Below, in pieces: positions 1 to 12,243 of a DNA stretch of 64,000 nt. The translations under genes and the position numbers were made by a program. This DNA comes from Epiperipatus broadwayi (Eukaryota > Animalia > Onychophora), in contig JAQFVV010000008.1 of NCBI GenBank assembly GCA_028023455.1, positions 15,810,001 through 15,874,000 on the forward strand. The letters are read 5' to 3'. The notes beneath the pieces are model-generated. The model worked only from the letters and a program-made list of their open reading frames with translations, had not been told where the DNA came from and did no database searches. Numbering within the stretch: the first letter of the stretch is position 1; each line of letters opens with the position of its first letter.

Positions 1-1292
1 AAATGAATATCTATATTTTATTTAAGATATGATTTTATATGGTTATTAAATTTTTTTTTGATTTGTAAATATATAGATATATATTTACATTATCTTAGAA
101 CGTATTACATTCAAATATTAGCCTTTCAAGCTAATTGTGCATACGCTTTGCGAGTGTTAATAATAAATAATTACTTTGTAATATTTATTATTATAAAGTT
201 AAGAAAATATTTTAATGGCATGAAACACTGAGATATTCACAAAAACATTTTATTGAGTGGATATATGAATAAATTTAACTCTTAATAACAGAATCCTTGG
301 AGATGAACTGAATTTGAATTATTGTGTCATGGTAACAGTATCTAGGATAATGGTATAAATATGATATCATCAAAAAAAAAAAAAAACTATATAAACCCCA
401 GATCTTAGTTTGGAAGTTCTCAATTTTCACTTCAATAGATAGCTACATAAAGTTTATGTGGTATGAATATTAATAATATTCTTCAAAATTTTAATTATGA
501 ATATGATAGATTAAGCTAATAAACATTTGCTCAAAAGACATCATGTCTTTTGAAAATCTGCATACCATCAGATAAAATCATCTCATTGTGGAATATAATT
601 TAAGTGCTACAATTCAACTCATGGAATACACAAAAATTGATAAATGCTGTAAATCAATATTAACATTGTGATATTTTATTAGGGAATATTTTGTTTAAAA
701 ATTGGAAGCATCGTAAAAAAAAAAAAATGAATAAAATTTTCAATGCTATTAAGTTGAATATACCTGAATTTAAAAGCAACATCTATCTATGTAATACAGG
801 AAATATGGGATTTCTAACAGATTCTTCAAAGAATTTTAAAATTTAAATTTATTGTTTTGTTTGTATTTATATAAAAATATATAAATTAATGATAAAAGTT
901 TGATGTATCTAATAAATATTATTTCAATGGAATTATACTTTAAAAAATATTCCATGTAGGTATTAAAATAAATTCAACAGGTAGATTTTTTTTTATCCTT
1001 TATTTTTTTTTTTTAGTATGCATATATTTGTTTATAGTACAGAAAATATAATATTATCATTAAAAAAAGAGGTTAAATTATATAGTAAATAAAATTAAAA
1101 TATTTTTTAATGATAATATTAATTTAAGCCAATAAATATCACATGATCATCATTTCTTATGCCTGCTTATAACTGTTACTAAAACAGGCAAAACTCTCCA
1201 TTTAGTAATGCCACTCAGTGCAAGCCAGAGTAATCAATGGATGCCAGAAAGCTTGTGCATAAAATCCCCATCTAGTGCCTACTCATCTAACA

Positions 1293-1334
1293 TCCCCAGA
1301 CTAGTTTCTGTCTTGTGGCCTTTGTCAGTGAGGA
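1293..1334 (-). ncRNA. Type I hammerhead ribozyme, degenerate copy
   Basis: Minus strand reads TCCTCA CTGACAA A GGCCACAAGAC A GAAA CTAG TC TGGGGA. The core G is mutated (CTGACAA) and stem II is damaged. Confidence 0.6.
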
Positions 1335-1756
1335 GCCTTGAATCTGAGAGCAATGTGCCTACTCCAGCAGCCATCTTTTATCTCTACTTAACTACAAAAC
1401 TGAGTCTTAAATTGAAAACCCAATAATATTTTCAATCCAAGCTCATTAGCCTATATAGTCATATAGGTCTGAAATCATAAAAAATGATGATCATGTGATG
1501 TTTATTGGCTTAAAACCAATCCTACCTAATAGGATAATAGTGGCTATGGTTATTAAAAAATCAAAGACACCAAAATTTATTGGTACTGAACTGAGTTCAG
1601 ACCTATATGACTATATAAGCTAATGAGCTTTGATTAAAAATATTATTGTGTTTTCAATTTAGACTCATAGTTTTGTAGTTAAGTAGAGATAAAAGATGAC
1701 TGCTGGAGGTTGCATTAGATCATAAGATCTAGGTGCAGTGCTCTCAGATCCAAGGC

Positions 1757-1798
1757 TCCTCACTGACGAAGGCCACAAGCCAGAAACTAGTCTGCGGA
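1757..1798 (+). ncRNA. Type I hammerhead ribozyme (core intact)
   Basis: TCCTCA-CTGACGA-A-GGC CACAA GCC-A-GAAA-CTAG-TC^TGCGGA shows the CUGANGA and GAAA core, a palindromic minimal stem III (CUAG) and a GUC cleavage triplet. Stem I extends as ATCCAA/TTGGAT and ATCTAG(G)TGC/GCACTAGAT (1727-1821). Confidence 0.8.
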
Positions 1799-2228
1799 TG
1801 TTGGATGTGTAGGCACTAGATGGAGATTTTATGCACAAGCCTTCTGGCATAAATTGATTACTCTGGCTTGCACTGAGTGGCAATACTGTATGGAGAGTTT
1901 TGCCTGTTTTAATATTAATTTATTTATATGAAAGTATGTTTATTTGTTTTCATTAAATATATATTTGAAAGAAATAAGTTTTACATACAAATATTTACGG
2001 ATAACCTTTATGATAGTGTATATTTAATAAACATTTAATATTTTATATATGCAAATTAATAAGTTTATGCTTAATATTATAAGAAAACAGTAAACAAAAT
2101 AAACATACTTATTAAATTGTCAAAATATTTTTTTATGTATTTATTTGACAATATTTATGCTAGTATATTTTTTATTAGGATTTTCTTGGTGTATCATTCA
2201 CAGCACACATTAGTTATCTTTATAAAAC

Positions 2229-2836
2229 TGTAATATCCGCACTTACGACTGTGCCAAGGTTATAACTGCAAGTCATACTGTGCGGTCAGCAAATAACGTT
2301 ATACAATTCCCACGCTGTTCTTTTCCAGCAAAGCTCTCCAACGAATTGGTCTGCCACGAAGCTCTCCAAACGAATTGGTCTGCAACGAAGCTCTCCAATG
2401 AATTGGTCTGCAACGAAGCTCAGCCACGGATGCTCTCCAACGAATGATCTGCACCGACTGCTCTCCAATGAATGGTCTGCAAGCAGATGCTCTCCAAACG
2501 AATGGTCTGCAACTTGCTACTGCGTGACTGCTCTCTACTACTCTCTATTACACTGCTCGATGTTCTCCCAATATGGCTGCTAATAACTGCCTTCCCCTGC
2601 GTAATTGTTACACCGTCTTTTATTGCTTGCTGATAACTGTAGCAATTAATCCTTGTCCAATCAGGTAACGTCTTTTATCCAGAAATATTTGCAATAAGCA
2701 AATATCTCTTGGAATTATCGTCCGCCATTATGTTACTTAACTTCCTCCATTATCAGCGCACGATCTACAACAACCACTCGAACAAATTCTAGTTTTTCTA
2801 GAGTGCACAATGTCTGCCATTTTTACAAACACTACA
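2229..2836. mobile_element. Solo LTR (608 bp) with internal minisatellite
   Basis: Starts TGTAATA and ends CTACA. 5-bp TSD AAAAC at 2224-2228 and 2837-2841. A truncated homologous copy lies at 52653-52865. Confidence 0.8.
2331..2513. repeat. ~28-bp minisatellite (GCTCTCCAACGAATTGGTCTGCAACGAA), about 6 units
   Basis: Tandem units read directly inside the solo LTR. Confidence 0.9.
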
Positions 2837-5190
2837 AAAACCATGCAATAGCTACAAACAGATAAATGATAATTAATTCATGATTAAATTTACTAAGCAA
2901 GGAATATTTTTATTTGCTTCTTAATTTTATATTTTTTGTGTGTTATTATTGTTTATAATAATATATTTTTATTTGTTAATTAAATTGGATTTCATGATTA
3001 TTCTAGTTAAATTATTATACTATACTTTAATATAAACTTTGAGAGTCTCAATATATATATATATATATAAAAGACCCACAAAATATGTCTTTTATATATG
3101 CTACCCGTGAAAATCTTCGTACCAACATATATATATATTGAAACATTAGGTAGCCAAAATATTAAATAAGAACATTTTTACATGTTTTAATCATTTTATT
3201 ACATGATATTTAGCAGTCTGAATAAGACTTTTTTTTTTTATCATAGATAAATATTATTATATTTAGTGGTCTTAAATGTAAAGTTGATTTAATATTTATT
3301 TATTTATGCTATTACATTTAGGTCCTACAACACATCATCTAATGATAATTAACCTGAGAACAATTCATCAGTAACCTTTTGCTAGTATAATAAATAAATG
3401 ATTAGTCAAGATTAAGATAATATTTTATAAATCAATATCCAGTTAAGTTAAAATAATAATTTATTCTATTATGTTCTGATGTCCAAAGAATTCTCATAAG
3501 TCATTTGATTATATATTTTATTATATTCTATTATAATTTGGTATCCAGTTAGTTTGACCTATCATTTGAATATTTTATACAATCACAATTTGGCGCTTAA
3601 CATTATGGGATATTGCTAAGTCATTCATTTGCTTATTTTTATTTTATACCATTATAATTTGGCATTCCAACTGAGACCTGAGAAATATTTTTTATACTGT
3701 TATAATTTGGCATCCCAACTAAGGCATGAAAAAATCATTTATTTATTTTATATATTTTATACTGTTAAAATATATATACACACATTGTAACAGTACAATA
3801 GTGTACATCTTATCTTTGTTCAAGTTGCCAATTTATGTGGAGATTCACAATGTGGTATGTGTGGCTAGCAAATATATCACTGTTTAATTCCTTGTTGGAT
3901 ATTTATTTGAATGATGTCATTTTTGAGCAAATAAAATTATGTAATAAATTTCTTTTGCTAGCCTATATTATGCTTAAATTTTACAGTACAGTAATTATGA
4001 TAGAAGCAGTTTTCTTTAGATCATATTTATTGATTAATTTATAATTATATAAGATGTCACAGCAGTTAAAGCAGATCGGTATATCTACAATGAGAATATA
4101 ACTCTTATACCTACCTTTTCATTACTATATCCCAGAATTTCTGTTCATGCAAAGAATAGAGCAATAAAAAAAACTGAAATTTTATGTAATACAACATGAA
4201 TTTAATTAATAAAAAATTTAAGAAATAATTTGATTCCAAAACTATTAAATATTAAAATTATAACAAAAATTAATATACAAAAGCTGTCTTTTGATAATTG
4301 GCAAAGTAAAATAAATCTATAATCTAACTTGAGTTAATTATTGAAATATTATCACACTCCAGTCATAGAACATCAAGAAAGCAAGATTCACTGTTTAATA
4401 TTCTCATCTTAGTCCAGAATGAAGATGACTTGATTTATGACTGAATTATTAAATAAAATATAGAATTGATTTTAATTAACATAATCATTCTTTTTAAATT
4501 AACATATAATTATAAAAAAAAAATCTTTTTCAATAGAAAAAAATAAATAAGTAAATAAATTAATTTTAAATATATGTCAAACTTTCCTTTTTTCATCTGT
4601 TGTTCTTTTATTTGTTACTCTTCCTCTCAAACTTGAAAATTCTTTCTTCTGATTGATTTATCATTCTGATTTGAAAATGAAATAAATGTAAAGGCTTCTA
4701 TGCAGCTTCAGTAGACATTTTACATTGGTACGTCTCTTTGAGCACGTTATGCGCTTGTCAGATGATGTTTTGTTTTCTTCTTTATTGACGTAAAAAGTAT
4801 AAACATGATGTCAATCAAAATATGGGCATTTGATAGCTCAATGACGTAGCTTTCCAAAGATGTCTACCTCAAAAAAAATCTGGTGAAATTTTGCAGCAGT
4901 TTTAATTGACCACAGTATTTATTTATTTTTTTGTTTTTTGTTAACTTTTGTAATTATCATGAAGCGATAAAAGAAAAAAAATGGTTTACCGAATGCAAGT
5001 CAACATTTCCGCATGTTATTCACAAACAAGACCTAGAGCTTCAATGTAATGACATGTAAGTATAAAATTTTAATTTTTTTAATAATATTTAATTTTTATT
5101 TTTAAATTTTTGAAAAAATTATCTTTTTTATTAATTTTAATTTGTAGTTAGTAACTTATATATTTATTTATGCTCATATAGAATTCATAT

Positions 5191-5256
5191 CTACCATAAT
5201 TTTCTAAAGTTCTACCGTAATTTTCTAAAGTTCTACTGCAATTTTCTAAAGTTCTA
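5191..5256. repeat. 21-bp tandem repeat x3
   Basis: CTACCATAATTTTCTAAAGTT / CTACCGTAATTTTCTAAAGTT / CTACTGCAATTTTCTAAAGTT. Confidence 0.9.
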
Positions 5257-5578
5257 ATCCATTTATTTTATAAAAATAATGATTTTCAAAAAGTTTAATA
5301 ATTTATTATTTATAATTATGTTTATATAATATGTTTGTGTTTACAAGTAATGAGTTATAAAACTAATAATCAAATGTATAGAAAGATTGCATACGCAGGC
5401 ATATAATCAAATTCTGATTCTTGTTTATGTTTTTTTTTTTTTTTATTCTTGTTCATGCTTTAAAGTCACTCTGTTTTTGCTATATGTTTCATAACATTAT
5501 TTTCAAGTCTATACCTAACAAATAAACTATATGCAAATAAATTAAATCTATGTGATACAATAAATATAACAAGATAGG

Positions 5579-5705
5579 ATCACTTGTGTGCATAAAGAAT
5601 ATAAACATCACTTGTGTGCATAAAGAATATAAACATCACTTGTGTGCATAAAGAATATAAACATCACTGGTGTCCATAAAGAATATAAACATCATTGATG
5701 TACAC
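5579..5705. repeat. 28-bp tandem repeat x4.5
   Basis: ATCACTTGTGTGCATAAAGAATATAAAC repeated; the last units diverge. Confidence 0.95.
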
Positions 5706-6229
5706 AAAAATATATAAAATGAAGAGATGAAACTCATTTTATCAGTGATAGAGATGTAGCCTACAATTTCTAATTTTAGACAGACAAGAAGCCAATTGCT
5801 ATGATGATTTCTTTTGTATCTTTTATTATGATGAATCTTTTTCTTTATAGATGCCTTTGACATTTGGAACTGTTGGGGTACAAGATAAAAATGAAGAATT
5901 CATATTCAACTTCTTTTGGAGATTGTGAAGCTACGGATTATCTCAGGTAAGACATGTTATACATGTTTAGAAAGATAATTTTGCGAGAAATACAAAGAAA
6001 TTATCACTGAAGATGATATTTAAATTTTAGTTAATGTTAATTTCCAAATTATGAACAAACAATAAAATAATAATTATTTCGGATGTGAAAATTTCTTTTT
6101 TTCCTTATTTTTTATATAGTTATTACTATTTATCTTATGCTTATTGTTTGCCTTAGTTTTTCTAGTTTCTATTGATGTAATTTTTTTGCTCTAACATAAT
6201 TAAAACTGAAGTTATTGTGAAAATTGTGT

Positions 6230-6780
6230 CTCAGGTCAGTATTTTAAAAAATTCAATATGGCGTTTTAGACCGAAGCAGTTTAAACAATTGATTAGTCAA
6301 ACCCATTTGAGTGAATCATGACAAAAATATTATCATCAGTAATATATTTGATTCACAGCCATTTGAAGATTTATTAATGCTGTATCTCACTGGAAGATTT
6401 CTCCAATAATCTCTGCCCTGCTATATGTAGTTTCGAAAGGCCTCAGTTCTATGATAAAAGACTACCTAAAGTTATTTTCCTTTCAAAAATAGATATAAAA
6501 TTTTGAATTGAAATTCACTATTGAATAAATAACTTTTCATTAGATTGATATTCTATCTATAGCACAAGTGAAAATCTTGCATGTTTTTGCTCTACATGAT
6601 ATGATTCAGAGATAGACCTTGTAGAATCTGGAGTTCAAAATCCATGCATCACAGTTCAGCATAGTCATTTCTGATGTTAATCCATTTGATTATTTATTTT
6701 GCATAGTTTGGTGCAGAGATAGAGTAGCAAACTAGAAATCATGGCTCATGGATTACAGTCTAGATCTGTGATTTCATGTT
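6230..6780 (+). mobile_element. Degenerate Tc1/mariner-superfamily transposase remnant
   Basis: ~6670-6700 translates SDVNPFDYLF, resembling the SPDLNPLDYxxW motif. Heavily interrupted. Confidence 0.35.
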
Positions 6781-9479
6781 AATTCTAATAAAGCAATTTA
6801 ATTATATCATAATTATTTTTACTGTTTCTTTTTATAATATGACAAATACTATTTTTCTTATTCTGGATGTTTTCCAGACTTACATTTGCAAAATAAAACA
6901 TATTTTGTTTAGTAATGTTGCTTATTTATCAAATTTTAACATGTCTTTCTTTTATAACACACTTTGTTTAACAAGACTAATTATTGATCAAATTTTAATT
7001 AACTTGCAATTACTAATACGCTAAAATTAATTGCATTACGGTGAAACTTTTAAGTTTACTAATTAGTAGGCTTACACACAAAAGAATTGGCTTGGCACAA
7101 CTTTTAAATATTTTTCTATAATTGATCATTTACTTTTTAACTCAATTAATTAAGAAAAGACATTCACTTTAAGATTCTGCCTCATATCCCTCTACTTAGA
7201 ATAAAAAATAAACTATCATTTTCCTTTTTCTTATATGAATTAGTCAAGATCTGACTTTATATGATTTGAGATTATGGGAATTATAGGTCTGTTTTGTCCT
7301 TTTATTATTTTGCACAGAAAATAATGATTATCTACTATTATACCTGCTTCAATTTTATCATCAACAAATTCAAGTGCTGAGGAGATAAAAATTTGACCAA
7401 CAATATATTTCCATGAAAAATCTTGGTGTTTATGATTATATAAACTATTGTATTTCTTTATTCCAATCTAGTAAACTTTCATTGTATCTATGAGTTGAAT
7501 ACAAAAAAAGAAAAAAAAATTTCATATATAATATGACTAACACAAATATCACAAATATATATATATGTTTTCAGATAAAACATTTTTCTTTATATGATCA
7601 AAAATAAAATCTTTTGGAACTTCATTATTGTAAGACCACAATTGTATTACCTCTGTAACAGTTTTATTATCTCTGAATATTTCAATAAGTATAAAAATAA
7701 ATAAATAAATATTATATCAGTACTCAGAGGAAACAAAACTTGGATCCTTAATATATAAATTTCCATTACCAAATTCAGTAGAATATACTTACAGAACACT
7801 TTATCTTCACTTTCCAACAAGAACTTGTAAGTTTCACTTATGAATTTCACTTATCACATCATCAATAAATCTTAATTTTTTACTATATTTTTTTTTTGTC
7901 TTTTTTATTTTTTTTGAATCTATAATTATCTGCACACAAAATTTTGAAAGATTTTCAGCATCAAATATCTTATAATCAAATATAATATACTTAGTTTTCC
8001 ATGAGTATTTTGGAGTATTTGATGACCATAAGTATGCAAGTGAGTAATCAAAAACAAAGAATACATTTAATTTCCATCTATTTCCCTTTTTCAATTGCCT
8101 AACACCAAATGTTTGGTCTTTCCAGATATAGAACATATTTAATAAATAATTCAATTACATTATCTTTCCTAAATATAGTGATAATAAATCAAAGCTGAAT
8201 GGTTAGGTTACAAACCTTCTTTCATTTATATAAATTAGTTAAATTTTATCATTAGTAGAATAAAATGATGTATTATTCCCATAATTTTTGAAAATGATTA
8301 CATAACATAGTAACTTCTCTCCAAAAAAAAAAAGAAAATCTGAACTAAACTTCACTAATTGGCTGAATAACCGTTTCTTTTTGGACAAATTCTACTTTTC
8401 TTATTGCAAGATAATTATCAATCTTATTGTTAGCTGAATAAAACAACATATTTTATTTACCAATTTATCAAATTTAAACTAAACATTCTTTTGTTTAACA
8501 ATATTAATTATTGCCAGTGTTTTATAACAAAAATAAATACATTTTCCAATTTTAAAAAAATGAAATTCAAAATACTGTGTGAGGATTATTTTTAATTGTA
8601 CTTGAAATAAATAACAAACAATTAATAGAAAAAATAATTTGCATATACAAAATTGAATTAGTTAAAGTTTTTAAATATTGTTCTATCATTTATCATTCCA
8701 ATTTTCTTTAATTTTCTAATTTATTAAACAGATACAATCATCATCTATAATGATACAGCCTCAATATATAAAGTGACATTAGCTTAATTAATTATGTGAT
8801 GGTCTATAATATTTTCTGGATGCTTTTATAAATAGAATCGATATCTATTGTATCAGTAATCAGATTAATAATTAAAAATCAAGACCTAATTTAATAAAAT
8901 ATAATATATTGAAACGATAATCTTCCAAGCCCTTATCATTTCCCATCAACCTAATGATCCACTCGTCTGTGCTAAGTTCGAACCTCACTTTTTAATGTTA
9001 ACACTCTTAAAATTAGTTTGTAAAACCCACTATCATGTCTGTCTAAACAGTATTATATATTTACATGCAAACCAACGCTATAATTGGATAGGAGTAATAA
9101 AATTATAGTGTATTTCTATTGCGAGATATCTTAAGAAAATATTTATTATATAGAGTAATGTTAAAAAAGTCAATTTATTAATAATTTTGTTATTATAAAT
9201 TCATATGTGGGTATATAATCTGCCCTATATATAATGTATATAGAGGTCGCATGATTTAAAATATTAAAAGTTGTACTTAAAATGTTTAAAAGTTGTTCTT
9301 TAAAAATATGTTAAAAGGTTTTTCTTAAAATATGTTTTAAAAGAGTTTCTTATTTAGTAATTAAAATAAAAAAAGTTCTGGTCAAGTAATTAAAATAGAT
9401 TTGTTGTAAACAAGAATTTACTTTAACTGCCGCACCCACAGTAGGTAAAAATAAAAATCATCTTTTAAAATCTAACTAA

Positions 9480-10000
9480 TGGAAAGTTAAAAAAAGTTTG
9501 CAACAGAATGTAATACAGAAAAAGCATTGGACCAGCCCTATTTTTAATAGCCTAAAGGGAACTATAGCACCTCAGAAATTCAGCAATAGATTAAAGTTAA
9601 AATTTATGTAATTTTGTATCAGTAAAGCAAATACTTGAGTTAATGGGTTCTGAGGCGATATAGATTCCTAATGTAAGTGCGTGTAGGACAAAACATAGAA
9701 ATACCCTGTATTTTAAACCCAGAATAGTAAATAGCCATTTTATGAAAGCAGTTGCAGCCAAAATTCACATCAGTTTAATTTCTAAAATGTCCAGCTAAAA
9801 TCGGGTTTCCTTGCTGTTACTCCACGGGAAGAACGGAGGTTTCTCTCATCGCAATGCCTAACAACTATCATGCGGCTAGAAGACTCAAAGCCTAACAGAT
9901 CGGGGAAGAAGATGATGCTACCAACCACCCAGTCAAGCTCACCAAACCTACAGCTCAAGCAATTGCAGTCCAGATAAATAATAACTAGTACAGTTTTATT
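9480..10000 (+). mobile_element. Non-LTR retrotransposon (Jockey/I-like) 3' ORF2 remnant
   Basis: VKQILELMGSEAI resembles VRPILxYGSEAW. NYHAARRLKA resembles the C-terminal RRLKR motif. Contains stops and frameshifts. Confidence 0.4.
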
Positions 10001-10879
10001 TTCAAAACCGCAGAGCTCTGTGTAATTCTTATATAAGTCATAACCTAAATCCAAGTTAGCTAACTCTCCCTAAAATATTTAAATGTGACTTAATTGTAAC
10101 CCCAAGTGTAACTATAATTTAAATCCGTTTAATATTTAAAATAATGTATAAAGTGTTATCAAAATTAGTATTTCTAAAAAGTTATAATGATCTGCCTATT
10201 TATAATTTCTTTTCACTTAAAAAGTAAATTAACACTTTTTAATTTAAAGTTATATCATTGTGGTTGTGTCTATATTTCTTTTGCTTATTTTAATTAATGT
10301 TTATTGTGTTTTATATGCCAATGCTTCGAAACAGCGAGCATTTAATTTAATATATTCTCAAGAAGATATTAGTTAAACATCTTCACGTAATTATTTTATA
10401 GTGTCACCTTTCTGTGCGCTGTTTCAAAATCCTATTATTTTTATAAATAATAACAACTTGCCTTGCGCTCATTATTATTCTTATTAATTTGCTTTAAAAT
10501 GAGAAATGTGGCTCATTTCAATCAACAAGTTGCAAGCTTATACTTTATATTTTTATTAAGAATTAAACTAGCCTTGAGGATAGTTATAAATATATTTGCT
10601 AGTTAAGTTATTCCTAAGTCCATATAAATATATTTTTCCCTCCTTAAAATATTAATTAATCGTAGAAGTAACCAAATAGATCGAATGTGTTAAAGTAAAG
10701 ATGTTATAAATATTCCCGACAGTAGAATATATTTATTATCATGCTATGCAAGGGCTGGCTTCGATTGATAGAGCTGACATGCTATTGTTCTTGTATTTCA
10801 TAGTATGAAATATAATATTCTTTGCTTGGCAGATGAGATCCATTAATTGTTAAATATTTTCTAGTTTTGCTGCTACATA

Positions 10880-12243
10880 TGTTACGTATATTAAGATGGA
10901 GCCACGGTGAAGCCAGCACATCTTTTCTTATAGGAAGTGTAGTAGCAAAGCCCGAGTTGAGACTAGGTTAGGACATAAGTCCCCCGCCACTTCTGAACAA
11001 AAATGTTCCTTTCATTCGCAGCATGACGATCAGTCCCAGGGTACCGGCTTTTGTCGCAAGAACCCTTGAGTTACTCATCCATCTGCAGAGTGACTTTTCT
11101 TATTGTTATTTACCTGTGCCATAGTGCATTGGTAAAATCTTATGCAGCCAACTCTACCTCCTTAATATATCACTTTCAGCATTGATCTGAAAATTCTCTT
11201 GAAAGCCAGGTTCGATCTAATTTTATTTGAGCTGGTTTATTCGCTCGCCTTTAATAGAATATTTGTAATAATAAATTATTCGTTTTGATCAAGGCTTAGT
11301 ATGATTTCTTACGTATAATAGCCACAAGCTAATAGGAGTTGGCATAACTATATTGATAGACATAACATAGTGATTATTTATGTATTCTTTGTAAATATTA
11401 ATTCTTATTAAGCGCAATGTCAGCACGTAATACTTATATAAAGCTAAAGCTTTAGTACATGCGCCTTGAATGCTTAATTTTAGCAAGAGAGATCTCTACA
11501 AATCATAACACGAGATTCGACTTTATAAAGATAAGAGGGACCCTCTTATCTCTAACCTATTTTTCTTAATTATATAGGATTTGCCTATATAATTAAGAAA
11601 AATAGGTTAGAGATAAGAGGGTCCCTCTTATCTTTATAAAGTCGAATCTCGTGTTATGATTTGTAGAGGTATTCCTTGTAAGTAAATTTAGAAGATGAGA
11701 ATCTGTTAAACTCATCTGTTCTAAAACATTAATTACTGCTCGTATAAACACATCCTTAAATTAATCTGTAAGAAGAGTTTGTTATCTCTTCATCTCTCCA
11801 AATGCCTGCGTGCATTGTTTATACTCTAGTAATTCTATATATGGGTTGCTTGATTTATGATTTACTATTGCAATAAATACATTGTTAAATTAATCTAGTC
11901 TTTCTCCGTCTCATTTATTCAATCCAATTCTAATTATTGATCCTATTAATTTATGAATCTATGCATTAATAAATCTTTATTAGAAATAGTATTAGATTTT
12001 AGGTAATAGCACTGCATAGTCAGGAGTCTTCATGTTTCTCCCTGCCCTATGCCGGCTGCGAATAAAATTGTATACTACATGTAACTTCAAGTGTATTTCT
12101 TCGTAGAGTCTTGAGTCGTGGAGTACCGGCAAACGAGTTGAAATGTGGTCAGATTCCGGATGTCACATCCTGGTCTGGTCGATTTTGGCCTCTTTGTCTG
12201 GAGTCTAGACTCTGTTATGCGAACGTACGAAACTTGTGGTACA
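10880..12243. mobile_element. Probable long solo LTR
   Basis: Starts TGTTACG and ends GGTACA. Flanks ACATA/ATATA are a near-identical 5-bp TSD. AATAAA at ~12060; GC and CpG richer than the flanks. Confidence 0.5.
11494..11668. repeat. Perfect inverted repeat: 85-bp arms, 5-nt loop
   Basis: 11494-11578 is the exact reverse complement of 11584-11668; the loop is ATTTG. Each arm contains the nested palindrome GATAAGAGGG-N-CCCTCTTATC. Confidence 0.97.

Larger units (their letters stand above)
1127..1909. mobile_element. Rep-A palindromic insertion 1 (hammerhead-bearing, Penelope-pLTR/retrozyme-like non-autonomous element)
   Basis: Left arm ~1127-1470 and right arm ~1480-1909 are inverted copies of the same monomer. 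Flanked by the 13-bp direct repeat TAATATTAATTTA (1114-1126, 1910-1922). The same family recurs at 35.4-36.4, 37.8-38.5 and 42.8-43.0 kb. Confidence 0.85.

Noticed and set aside
1208-1883. ORFs MPLSASQSNQ... on both strands (and 38244-38432)
   Set aside because: They are translations of the ribozyme-antisense strand of Rep-A copies. The frames are broken in other copies, so they are not conserved coding sequence.
2331-2513. CRISPR-like appearance of the 28-bp repeats (also 5579-5705, 40470-40820)
   Set aside because: There are no unique spacers and no cas genes, and the context is eukaryotic.
2286-2583. Repetitive-looking ORFs here and at 52614-52821
   Set aside because: Translations of the 28-bp LTR minisatellite.
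5847-5947. Exon-like segment with AG and GTAAGA boundaries
   Set aside because: Stops in all three frames; at most a non-coding exon, with no linked exons established.
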